Origin: Desulfomonilales bacterium
GTDB lineage: Bacteria; Desulfobacterota; Desulfomonilia; Desulfomonilales; Desulfomonilaceae
Length of the DNA stretch: 64,000 nucleotides
Assembly: GCA_038250835.1 (NCBI GenBank)
Contig: JBBSBY010000002.1
Coordinates: 21,087 to 85,086 of the forward strand
Direction: 5' to 3'
Shown here: piece after piece, positions 1 to 8,608 of the stretch
Layout of the letters: every line of letters begins with the position of its first letter
How positions within the stretch are numbered: the stretch's first letter is position 1
Notes under the pieces: generated by a model
Database searches by the model: none
Told to the model about the DNA's origin: nothing
Seen by the model: only the letters and a program-made list of their open reading frames with translations
Position numbers and translations under genes: made by a program

Positions 1-1296
1 TTTTAGTTCTCTTACTTCGATTTCTTCTAAATCCTTGGTCCATGCCGCTCGCTTTTGTCTTGCTCCCCCGTAAGCGTTACCTTTTTTCTTAATCTGCTGC
101 ATTGGTTTTTGCAAAGATTGCGGAAGTTCACCACGATCCAGCAGATAACGGCGCATATCCACTATTTTATCGATGTATTCGATAAATATGGGACACTCCT
201 GCTCACAGGCGCCGCAGGTAGTGCAGGCCCAGATTTCTTTATCCGTAATTATATCACCTACAAACTCCTTACCGTTACTTTTGGGTGGGTCGCTAAAAAC
301 GGGATAATGCCGGTAGGCGTAATCCCGAGCCTTGATGCTTATCATCCTTGGAGACAGGCTTCGACCGACGATATTGGCCGGGCAATTATCCGAACACCTC
401 CCGCAATCAGCGCATGAATAGAAATCCAGCGCATGCTTCCACGTGAAGTCTTCAAACTTGCCGACGCCGCAACCCTCAAGAGCCATCCAATCGTCTACAC
501 CGTACCTCACGGGTTTAACGCCGCCCTTATTGAGCTTAGCAAAAAATACATTGGGAATAGCAGTTATGACGTGGAAATGTTTGGACATAGGTAAATAGTT
601 CAACAAAGAGAAGAACACCACGATGTGAGTCCAGTAGGCGGAAATGTGCAGCTTATTTAAAGCGGCGCCATCCAGATTGCCCAGCATATAAGAGGCTGAA
701 GCAGCAGCGGGGAACATCAACATATTAGGGTCATCGGATAATCTGATTGCGGTTCCATCGTAAAGCATATCGGTGATCATTAACAGCGCAACCATGCCGA
801 GGATTACATACGCTTCATGTTCGTGCCCGCCGACGGAACCATGTGAATATCTGGCGGGTTTGAAGACAACCCTTCGGATTATCGCTATCACGCAAACGAT
901 CAGGACAATTAATACTGCATAATCTTTAATAACTTCATAGGTTAGACCTACATAACCGGTCATAAAAGGTAAATGGAAGCCGGCCGAAAATCCTTTACCA
1001 ATCAAAGTCAGCGATCTTAAGGCGAGCAGGACGAAGCCCGCGAACAGGAGAATGTGAAGTATACCGGCGCCGAGATATCGCGGTTGCCGATACTGACCAA
1101 AGCCGTAAATGATTGCAAGTTTGAGACGTTCCGCTATTTCATTGAAACGCAAATCCGGCATGAGCTTTCTGAGCAGCTCAATTCGCCGCGTCATTATATA
1201 TGTGAACAACAATAGAGCCAAAATTAGGATGGCAAGCGCAACCCTCGGCGCCGGTATACCGGCGATGGCCACGTTTGCGGGTTCCAAAACCGTCAT
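1..1296 (-). CDS. Membrane-bound Fe-S oxidoreductase (HdrD/DsrK-like): N-terminal multi-TM domain plus two 4Fe-4S ferredoxin motifs. C-terminus is cut by the window edge.
   Basis: Not in the supplied ORF track because it runs off base 1. Manual minus-strand translation from the ATG at 1296 gives MTVLEPANVAIAGIPAPRVALAILILALLLF..., then several hydrophobic helices. It continues ...LNYLPMSKHFHVITAIPNVFF... and then ...SCADCGRCSDNCP... and ...CTTCGACEQECP... (two CxxCxxCxxxCP motifs). The frame stays open to base 1. Confidence 0.8.
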   Translation of the reverse strand, partial: MTVLEPANVAIAGIPAPRVALAILILALLLFTYIMTRRIELLRKLMPDLRFNEIAERLKLAIIYGFGQYRQPRYLGAGILHILLFAGFVLLALRSLTLIGKGFSAGFHLPFMTGYVGLTYEVIKDYAVLIVLIVCVIAIIRRVVFKPARYSHGSVGGHEHEAYVILGMVALLMITDMLYDGTAIRLSDDPNMLMFPAAASASYMLGNLDGAALNKLHISAYWTHIVVFFSLLNYLPMSKHFHVITAIPNVFFAKLNKGGVKPVRYGVDDWMALEGCGVGKFEDFTWKHALDFYSCADCGRCSDNCPANIVGRSLSPRMISIKARDYAYRHYPVFSDPPKSNGKEFVGDIITDKEIWACTTCGACEQECPIFIEYIDKIVDMRRYLLDRGELPQSLQKPMQQIKKKGNAYGGARQKRAAWTKDLEEIEVRELK

Positions 1297-1380
1297 TATA
1301 ACCTCTGGAATGCAATAAGAACAGCTTAATGAAATGAAAACGTATAAAGATCTTCAGAAAACGGCAGATTATCTTAAAGA

Positions 1381-2058
1381 TTAAGAAATCAGTACCGCCA
1401 GAATTTTGGCGGGATTGCTCCCGTGCGCTTTGACCAAATGCATGGCGCCGGAATCATAGTAGACCGCGTCTCCGGGTCCAAGAACATCCTTCTTATCTTC
1501 AATAACTATTTCCATTTCGCCTTCAAGCACATAAATAAATTCCTGACCATCGTGACTCGATGGTTCCTCAGCTTCCGTGGGATGGAGAGTCACTATAAAC
1601 GGTTCCATCAGACGGTCCTTTTTATTAGCGGCAAGGGACTCATACCCGTAACCGTATGAAGTCTGCTTGGATTCCCCAAATCTGGCCACGGATTGTCGTT
1701 CGCCTGCCCGAACAATGGTATACGATTCTTCACCGGGGGATATAACATCGGCCATTTTCAGGGAGAGCGCCTTACTAAGTTTAATTAGCCGTCCGAGTGG
1801 TAACAAGCTTTTTCCGTGCTCGAGATCATCCAGTGATTGTTCAGGAATACCGGTTCTTTCGGAAAGCTCGCGTAAGCTGAATCCCCTTTGTTCTCTGGTT
1901 GCTTTAAGTTTAGCGCCGTGGCTGACTGCTTGTTGCTCGTCAATGTGAGCCCCTGCGTCCACACTCGGATCAGTCAAAAAATCAGGGCTTTCGTCCTCAC
2001 TGTAAGCTGAGGCGGTCTTCCTGAATTCTTCGTATGTTTGCTCTTTTTTATCTTCCAT
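1381..2058 (-). CDS. XRE-family HTH transcriptional regulator with C-terminal cupin domain
   Basis: The ORF-track protein contains an HTH_3-like segment (LKATREQRGFSLRELSERTGIPEQSLDDLEHGK) and a cupin-like C-terminus (HDGQEFIYVLEGEMEI...GDAVYYDSGAMH). I moved the start to the ATG at 2058 (MEDKKEQ...). It has a GAGAGGA Shine-Dalgarno upstream and avoids overlap with the upstream acyl-CoA dehydrogenase. Confidence 0.8.
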   Translation of the reverse strand: MEDKKEQTYEEFRKTASAYSEDESPDFLTDPSVDAGAHIDEQQAVSHGAKLKATREQRGFSLRELSERTGIPEQSLDDLEHGKSLLPLGRLIKLSKALSLKMADVISPGEESYTIVRAGERQSVARFGESKQTSYGYGYESLAANKKDRLMEPFIVTLHPTEAEEPSSHDGQEFIYVLEGEMEIVIEDKKDVLGPGDAVYYDSGAMHLVKAHGSNPAKILAVLIS

Positions 2059-2086
2059 TACAATTCCTCTCAGGGGATTGCCGGGA

Positions 2087-3250
2087 TCACATGGATCGTC
2101 CGGGAACGCCGATGTTTCGGGCAATGACAATACGCTGAACTTCAGAAGTGCCTTCGCCTATATCTAAAAGCTTTTGATTTCTATAGTGGCGTTCCGCCGC
2201 ATAATCTTTCATTAGACCGTAACCGCCATGAAGCTGAACCGCGTGATTAGCCGCCCGATAATATGTTTCGGAACAAACGAGCTTTGCCATGGCTCCCGCT
2301 TTGGGGGTCAATTTGTTGTTGTCCATCAACCAGCACGCTTTGTAGAGCAATAATCTAGCCATTTCAATTTCCGTGTACATATCCGCCAGTTTAAAAGCGT
2401 TGACCTGGAAAGATCCAATTGGGCGGCCAAATTGTGATCGCTTCTTGGAATAAGCCAAGGCTATATCGAAAGCGCCTTGCGCTCCGCCTAAGCCCATGGC
2501 GCCAATTGAAAGTCTGCCGCCGTCCAATGTTTTAAGCATTTGGTGAAAGCCGGCGCCACGTTTACCCAACAGATTTTCCCTGGGAACGCGACAATCCTGA
2601 AAGGTTAATTGACCGGTATTGGAAGCTCGCCAGCACATCTTGCCGTGCATTGTTTCGGTAATAAAACCCTTGGTCCCATTTTCGACAAGTATGCAGCTTA
2701 CCTCAGGTTTTTTGGGGTCCGAAAAGTCGGTTATGCATTGAACTACACAAACTGCGCTGATATCGGTGGTTGAATTAGTGATGAATATTTTTCCGCCGTT
2801 TATAACCCATTCGTTACCATCAAGCACGGCGGTGGTTTTTCCGGCGCCCGCGTCGGAACCGGCGTCGGGTTCGGTGAGACCGAAGCTTGCCAAAGTCCTG
2901 CCTTGACACAAATCAGGGAGCCATTTTCTTTTTTGCTCCTCGGTTCCAAAATAGTAAATCGGAGCAATTCCCAATGAGTTCCCCGCAGCTATTGTGGCGG
3001 CCTGGGAACCATCGATTCGGGCCACTTCTTCGACCATTATAATATAATTTAGATAACCGACATCACTGCCCCCGTACTCCTCAGAGACAAAAGGCCCAAA
3101 GAAGTCCAACTCGCCCATCTTCCGAACCAAATCGTAAGAAAACTCCTCTTTGTCATCCAAATCCTGAGCCACAGGAGCTATTTCTTTCTCTGCAAACTCC
3201 CTAACTACCTTCCGAGTCAGTTCCGCGTCCTTTGGAAGATCGAAGTTCAT
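2087..3250 (-). CDS. Acyl-CoA dehydrogenase (short/medium-chain type)
   Basis: 387 aa. It shows typical ACAD signatures (FGLTEPDAGSDAG, GGKIFITN, QFGRPIGSFQ) and a C-terminal catalytic-base region IGEGTSEVQRIVIAR. Confidence 0.93.
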   Translation of the reverse strand: MNFDLPKDAELTRKVVREFAEKEIAPVAQDLDDKEEFSYDLVRKMGELDFFGPFVSEEYGGSDVGYLNYIIMVEEVARIDGSQAATIAAGNSLGIAPIYYFGTEEQKRKWLPDLCQGRTLASFGLTEPDAGSDAGAGKTTAVLDGNEWVINGGKIFITNSTTDISAVCVVQCITDFSDPKKPEVSCILVENGTKGFITETMHGKMCWRASNTGQLTFQDCRVPRENLLGKRGAGFHQMLKTLDGGRLSIGAMGLGGAQGAFDIALAYSKKRSQFGRPIGSFQVNAFKLADMYTEIEMARLLLYKACWLMDNNKLTPKAGAMAKLVCSETYYRAANHAVQLHGGYGLMKDYAAERHYRNQKLLDIGEGTSEVQRIVIARNIGVPGRSM

Positions 3251-3647
3251 GCTGTACCCCTAAACTGTATTTGAAAATAGAAGCAAAAAAAGCTTGCCGA
3301 TTGAACATAAAGGAAAAGCTAGAGAATTTTAAATTCTGGAAAAAGCATATTTGAGGCTCGTAAAACGAAGCGAAAAATCAACGTAATGAGAAGATTTATC
3401 CAGTTCAGTAAATCCACGATTGTATATGGAAGACGAACCATTCTATTCATAATGAACTCAGTTTTGGGTCAAGGGGTGGGTGTAACGAAAAGCCGCGCGA
3501 CGCTAACACATGCCGGCTTGAGTGCCAAGAAAATATCAGAGAAACTGAATGGTTGTCAAGCTTGTTAGTCGTCCATCATCCGCTGTCAATATGGAACAGT
3601 CAGCACTAACCGTAAATAACTCTATTATGAATGGAAGAATACGTCGT

Positions 3648-3656
3648 TGATATAAT
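3648..3656 (+). promoter_or_regulatory. Candidate extended -10 promoter element (TGaTATAAT) upstream of glgP
   Basis: The sequence gttgaTATAATggg has TG one base upstream of a perfect TATAAT, about 170 nt before the glgP ATG. There is no good -35 element. Confidence 0.25.
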
Positions 3657-3824
3657 GGGTTCATCGCATCCGTCATGGATATTTACAAAACGACCTTAGA
3701 TCTCCCCGTAAAGTAAAGGATAACGGTGTTTATTACTTCTCATTGGTTCAATAAATCAATTAACACACGACAACATTTTACTATGTGATATATTTACTCG
3801 CGATTCTAAAATCACGAGGTCGTT

Positions 3825-6383
3825 ATGGTCCTTCGCAAATATGTCGTTGTTCCGCCGATTGAAGGTGGTCTTGAAAACCTGAGGGAAATTGCAGGAAACT
3901 TTTGGTTCTCATGGAATACGGAAGCCATAGAATTGTTCGACCATCTTGATGAAGCACTCTGGCGAGAAACCAACCATAATCCTTTACAAACCCTGATACG
4001 CCTATCTAAACGCCGCTTGAGTGAAGCGCTACACGATGAAGGCTTTCTTGCCCATGCAGATAAAATCCGGCAGCGGTTTCGCTCTTATATAAATCGGTCT
4101 GGATCCTATGACTATAAACTGGAACATCCCATCGATTTTATAACGGCTTACTTTTCGTTAGAGTTCGGAGTCACGGAGTCCCTACCGGTATATTCAGGGG
4201 GATTGGGATTGTTGGCAGGCGATCATCTAAAATCCGCGAGCGATCTTAATTTGCCCCTCGTAGCAGTGGGACTCTTGTACCAGGAAGGGTATTTTAGACA
4301 AACTCTTTCTCCGGAAGGTTGGCAAAAGGAATTTTACCCCAGAACGGATTTAGATACTCTTCCCCTGGAGCGTCAGCTGGACGCATCCGGCAATCCTATT
4401 ATGGTATCAGTCGATGTTGCCGGCGAAACAGCTTGGTTGAAGATTATGAAAGCGGCCATTGGCAGGGTGCCGCTATACCTCCTCGATGCCGACATACCCG
4501 AAAATTCGACACGCATGAGGCAAATCACCGCCAGATTGTATGGCGGAGACATGGATATGAGAATCCGCCAGGAGATATTGCTTGGTATCGGTGGGATTAG
4601 GGCTCTGCATGCAATGGCTATAAAACCCATGGTATTTCATTTAAATGAAGGACATGCGGCGTTTACTCTGTTGGAAAGAATGCGATATTTCATGGAAGAA
4701 GAGGGTTTATCGGCTGAGCAGGCCCGAGAGATGGTCACGAGCCAAAGCGTGCTGACCATTCACACGCCTGTCCCGGCAGGAAACGATGTTTTTGATCGTG
4801 GACTGATGGATAAGTACTTTCATCAATTTGCCGCTCGACTAGGTATGAATTTCGAGACATTTTTGGGGCTGGGGCGCAAACATCCTGATGACCGGGCGGA
4901 AGGCTTTTGCATGCCGGTTCTTGGATTACGAATGACTGCGCGTGCAAACGGCGTGAGCAAACTACACGCAAGAGTTACCAGAGAGATGTGGGATGATATA
5001 TGGCCTAATGTGGAGCGCGAAGATGTTCCCATCTTTCCAATAACAAACGGAGTGCATATTCCATCCTATATATCCAGAGATCTAGCGAGACTTTACGATA
5101 GATATCTCGGACCGGGATGGTCTGAGGATCCCGACAATGAAAAAATATGGCAAAAGGCTGAAATAATCCCCGATACCGAGCTATGGCGCACACATGAAAG
5201 GTGCCGATTCAGGTTGGTGCAATTTGCCAGACGAAGATTAGTAAGGCAGCTAAAAAGACGAGACGCTTCAGCTCAAGAGATTGAAGCGGCTGAACAGGTA
5301 TTGGATCCTGAAGCATTGACCATTTGCTTTGCAAGACGTTTTGCCACGTACAAACGCGCTACTCTAATATTTAAAGAGCCGGAGAGATTAGCCAAAATAC
5401 TAAATCAACAGGATCGCCCGGTCCAACTGATTTTTGCAGGAAAAGCTCATCCTGCCGATGACGCCGGCAAAGAGCTTATCAGGAGAATTATTGATTTTTC
5501 ACGAATGCCTGAATTTGCACGGCGCATTGTATTTATTGAAGACTATGACATTAATGTGGCCAGGTATATGGTGCAGGGCGCCGATGTATGGCTCAACAAT
5601 CCCCGAAGGCCTCTCGAAGCATGCGGCACATCCGGCATGAAAGCGTCGGCGAATGGCGCATTGAACCTCAGCATTCTCGATGGTTGGTGGGATGAGGCGT
5701 ACAAGGGAGACAACGGATGGGCAATCGGTTCCGGAGAGGAATACGGCAATCCCGAATACCAGGACGACATAGAAAGCTTAGCTTTATACGATCTACTTGA
5801 GCAAAGTGTGGTTCCTCTCTTCTATGAAACGGGAGTTGATGAACTTCCCAGAGAATGGATCGCCACAATGAAGCGATCGATATGCAGTATTTGTCCTGTG
5901 TTCAATTCCCACCGGATGGTCAGTGATTATATCGAAAATTGCTACGTTCCATGCAATAGCGCCTCGCAAGCGCTTCAGAAGAACAATTATTCGGCTCTTA
6001 AGGAAATGGTCTCTTGGAAAAACCAGATCAGTAATGATTGGGAATCGATACGGATAGATGATGTGGAAGTATTTACGGAAGGGGAGGCTCTGAGCGGCAA
6101 AGAAATTGAAGTTAAAGTAAAGATAGCAAATTATGGTCACAACTCTTCTGATTTCAGAGTGGAGTTACTGCATGGTCCAATTGATATATGGGATAATTTC
6201 GTCGAGAGACACATTACGATGCTTGGAACCAACAATGGAAATGAATCTAATTCGGACGATATAGTATTTACGGGCAGGATGAAGCTGAGCCACACAGGAT
6301 TGTACGGGTACATCGTGCAATTAACGGCTCAGCACCCATATCAGCCGTATTCTCAAAGGTTTAGCCTCCTTCACAGAGGTTGA
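3825..6383 (+). CDS. glgP: Alpha-glucan (glycogen/maltodextrin) phosphorylase, GT35 family
   Basis: 852 aa. It has GGLGLLAGDHLKSASDL, and the PLP-lysine region EACGTSGMKASANGALNLSILDGWW is typical of the GlgP family. Confidence 0.92.
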   Translation: MVLRKYVVVPPIEGGLENLREIAGNFWFSWNTEAIELFDHLDEALWRETNHNPLQTLIRLSKRRLSEALHDEGFLAHADKIRQRFRSYINRSGSYDYKLEHPIDFITAYFSLEFGVTESLPVYSGGLGLLAGDHLKSASDLNLPLVAVGLLYQEGYFRQTLSPEGWQKEFYPRTDLDTLPLERQLDASGNPIMVSVDVAGETAWLKIMKAAIGRVPLYLLDADIPENSTRMRQITARLYGGDMDMRIRQEILLGIGGIRALHAMAIKPMVFHLNEGHAAFTLLERMRYFMEEEGLSAEQAREMVTSQSVLTIHTPVPAGNDVFDRGLMDKYFHQFAARLGMNFETFLGLGRKHPDDRAEGFCMPVLGLRMTARANGVSKLHARVTREMWDDIWPNVEREDVPIFPITNGVHIPSYISRDLARLYDRYLGPGWSEDPDNEKIWQKAEIIPDTELWRTHERCRFRLVQFARRRLVRQLKRRDASAQEIEAAEQVLDPEALTICFARRFATYKRATLIFKEPERLAKILNQQDRPVQLIFAGKAHPADDAGKELIRRIIDFSRMPEFARRIVFIEDYDINVARYMVQGADVWLNNPRRPLEACGTSGMKASANGALNLSILDGWWDEAYKGDNGWAIGSGEEYGNPEYQDDIESLALYDLLEQSVVPLFYETGVDELPREWIATMKRSICSICPVFNSHRMVSDYIENCYVPCNSASQALQKNNYSALKEMVSWKNQISNDWESIRIDDVEVFTEGEALSGKEIEVKVKIANYGHNSSDFRVELLHGPIDIWDNFVERHITMLGTNNGNESNSDDIVFTGRMKLSHTGLYGYIVQLTAQHPYQPYSQRFSLLHRG

Positions 6384-6441
6384 CGACTAATGAATTACGA
6401 ACGGCCGTGCCGGATATTTAAATTCGTTAATAACTTACGAA

Positions 6442-6837
6442 TTACTTCATAGGTCGCATGTGCGCAGAACGCCCGCGGGGAACAAGTCCCAGACGTTCAT
6501 TATTCACCGGATATATGAGTCCTATCGGTAGTTGAAACTGACCCGGATCAGGTTCGGCAACTTGCGGGCCGCGGTAATAGCCGTTCACATCCCAGCCCCA
6601 CAATGGATGAGACCAGCTTCCAATGTGCTCTGGTGATGACCTAAACCCATGCAGCCCTTTTTTCCAACTTATAGGAGTGTCAATCACGTGCATAGTTTGT
6701 CCGTAACCATGGGGTAACCAGGAAAGTGTCGCAGGCGCCGCAGGGTAGGGGTACTCACCAAATGCCATGCCGCCGGAGCCCATCAGTAGGCTCGTGGTGA
6801 TTATAAAGATGTATAATATAGAATGAATTTTCATCAT
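6442..6837 (-). CDS. Hypothetical exported protein (signal peptide; Trp/His/Gly/Pro-rich)
   Basis: 131 aa. The N-terminus MMKIHSILYIFIITTSLLMGSGGMAFG looks like a Sec signal peptide. I recognise no family. Confidence 0.55.
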   Translation of the reverse strand: MMKIHSILYIFIITTSLLMGSGGMAFGEYPYPAAPATLSWLPHGYGQTMHVIDTPISWKKGLHGFRSSPEHIGSWSHPLWGWDVNGYYRGPQVAEPDPGQFQLPIGLIYPVNNERLGLVPRGRSAHMRPMK

Positions 6838-6970
6838 AGCTCCTTGCGCTTCAAGTTATCATATTACTCAATTATAACAAAGTACAGCACAAATAAGCAA
6901 GAAGTTACTTTATTGTAGCGGCCGGCCAAATTGTGACTTGCCATGATCTAAGCGGCGAGATCCTGAAGCA

Positions 6971-7933
6971 CTAAATTCCGGATTGTAAGGGTTGGAGATC
7001 TTTGGCGACGAGTTCCACTATTCTTGATTTAAGCTCGTCAACCTCGAGATTGGTCTTTAGTCCGGCGGCGTGCACATGGCCTCCACCGCCAAGCACCTGC
7101 GCCAGTGCGGCAACGTCGAAGTCTTTGGACCTGAAGCTTACACGAGTGATGTTGTTTAACTTAGTTATCAAAGCTCCTATTTGGACGCCTCGACTCTCCC
7201 TAAGCCGATTAACCAGATTCTCGGTGTCCGCCATGGTTGCGCCTAATTTGTCGAGATCCGTCTGTTCTATGACGCTAATTAATAATCGATTGTTCAAATA
7301 ATATTCGACGCGTTGCAAGACCAGGCTTTCCAATTGTATTCGACAAAGTGGAAATTCTTCGTACAAAGGGCGAGTCACATCGTAAGAATCTATGCCCGGC
7401 GCTAAAAGCTCGGAGCCGATCCGTAGCGTCTTGTCGGTAACTCCCGCGAATCTGAATCCTCCCGTGTCGGTATATAGACCGGCGTATAAACAGATCCCAA
7501 CATTTTTCGACAGCCGATACCCGGCGTCTTTGAGTAGGAGATGAGCGAGTTCGGCGGTTGACGTGGCCGAACTTTTGACGTGCGTGATATCTCCATACAG
7601 TGGGTTGGTGGGATGATGGTCGATATTAATCAGCTTGGCTGAAGAGTAGCGTGAAACGTCACCGGCAATTCTGGATTGGTCGGCGCAATCGACGGCGACA
7701 ATCCATCTCACTGCATTGATAGGCGCCGGGCAGTCTAAAAGAATTTCCGAGGAGTTCGGCAAAAAGGAGTAAAGCTCCGGCACGGGTTTTTCCACAAGAG
7801 CCCATACCCTTTTTCCCGTTTCTTTAAGGGCATTATAGATACCCAGTAATGAACCGATAGCGTCTCCATCAGGATTAACATGGGTGACAATCACGAAACC
7901 ATTTTCCTTGCGGAAAACCTCTGGGATTGTCAT
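6971..7933 (-). CDS. nrnA: DHH/DHHA1 phosphoesterase (NrnA-type oligoribonuclease / pAp phosphatase)
   Basis: 320 aa. Motifs are HVNPDGDAIGS, NIDHHPTN and GGGGHVHAAG. Its start overlaps the rbfA stop, a position commonly taken by nrnA. Confidence 0.88.
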   Translation of the reverse strand: MTIPEVFRKENGFVIVTHVNPDGDAIGSLLGIYNALKETGKRVWALVEKPVPELYSFLPNSSEILLDCPAPINAVRWIVAVDCADQSRIAGDVSRYSSAKLINIDHHPTNPLYGDITHVKSSATSTAELAHLLLKDAGYRLSKNVGICLYAGLYTDTGGFRFAGVTDKTLRIGSELLAPGIDSYDVTRPLYEEFPLCRIQLESLVLQRVEYYLNNRLLISVIEQTDLDKLGATMADTENLVNRLRESRGVQIGALITKLNNITRVSFRSKDFDVAALAQVLGGGGHVHAAGLKTNLEVDELKSRIVELVAKDLQPLQSGI

Positions 7934-8289
7934 TGCTCGTCCCGCGCCGGTTCGGTATCAATCTCTTTAAGGATTTTATCAATTTTGACAAAATTGTCGA
8001 AAGAGCTGTCATAAAAAAACGAAAGCTCCGGGATATATTTTAAATCCAGTTCAGAGCGTAGGCTTTTGCGGATGAAACCCGCAGCCGTATCAAGGCCCTT
8101 CTTGTGTTCAGCGGCCATACCGTCCATTAAGCTGCAAAAGTAAACTGTAGCTGATTTTAAATCAGCGCTCATCTTAACTTCGGTGATGGTGACCCCTTGA
8201 ACACGGGGATCCTTGATTTTAAGACGAATAATATCCGATATCGCTTGCACCAGTAGTTCTGATACTCGATCTTTCCTGAATTTAGGCAT
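7930..8289 (-). CDS. rbfA: Ribosome-binding factor A
   Basis: 119 aa. RVSELLVQAISDIIRLKIKDPRV...VTITEVKMSADLKSATVYF is the typical RbfA signature. It sits downstream of infB. Confidence 0.93.
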   Translation of the reverse strand: MPKFRKDRVSELLVQAISDIIRLKIKDPRVQGVTITEVKMSADLKSATVYFCSLMDGMAAEHKKGLDTAAGFIRKSLRSELDLKYIPELSFFYDSSFDNFVKIDKILKEIDTEPARDEQ

Positions 8290-8300
8290 TTATGATCTTC

Positions 8301-8588
8301 TTAATAGTGTACAATTTCAATACGAGTGTCTATAATCTCAGCGGTGTACAGACTCTCTATGTAGTTTATTATTGATTCGAGCATGGCATGCGCATGTCCA
8401 CCATCATTACTCACTACGGCGAACCCGATCGCGCCCTTCTGCCATTTGTCTTGATCTTCAATTTCGGCTATGGAAATGTCAAACTTGCTTCGAACCTTTC
8501 CAAGGATGCTTTTCATCACTTGTCTCTTAGCTTTAAGAGACGATGAACTGTGAATAAGAAGCTTCACGACACCGATTCCAACAACCAT
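8301..8588 (-). CDS. DUF503 (YlxP-like) protein
   Basis: 95 aa. It occupies the classic position between infB and rbfA. The sequence LLIHSSSSLKAKRQVMKSILGKVRSKF resembles the DUF503 family. Confidence 0.8.
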   Translation of the reverse strand: MVVGIGVVKLLIHSSSSLKAKRQVMKSILGKVRSKFDISIAEIEDQDKWQKGAIGFAVVSNDGGHAHAMLESIINYIESLYTAEIIDTRIEIVHY

Positions 8589-8608
8589 TTTGTTCCTCGA
8601 ATACGGGG

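Noticed and set aside
55-417. 120-aa plus-strand ORF at the window start, and the 1109-1318 ORF
   Set aside because: Both lie antisense to the clearly coding minus-strand Fe-S oxidoreductase gene (ferredoxin motifs, TM helices). They have no recognisable features of their own.
3508-3528. TGGCAC on the minus strand upstream of the acyl-CoA dehydrogenase, as a possible sigma54 -24 element
   Set aside because: The -12 position reads CCGGC instead of TTGC(A/T), so the GG-N10-GC spacing is not satisfied.
3386-3568. 60-aa ORF in the acyl-CoA dehydrogenase/glgP intergenic region
   Set aside because: It has no Shine-Dalgarno sequence, an odd composition and no recognisable family. It is treated as non-coding. 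I judged the intergenic ORFs at 15326-15550, 17638-17853 and 37765-37977 the same way.
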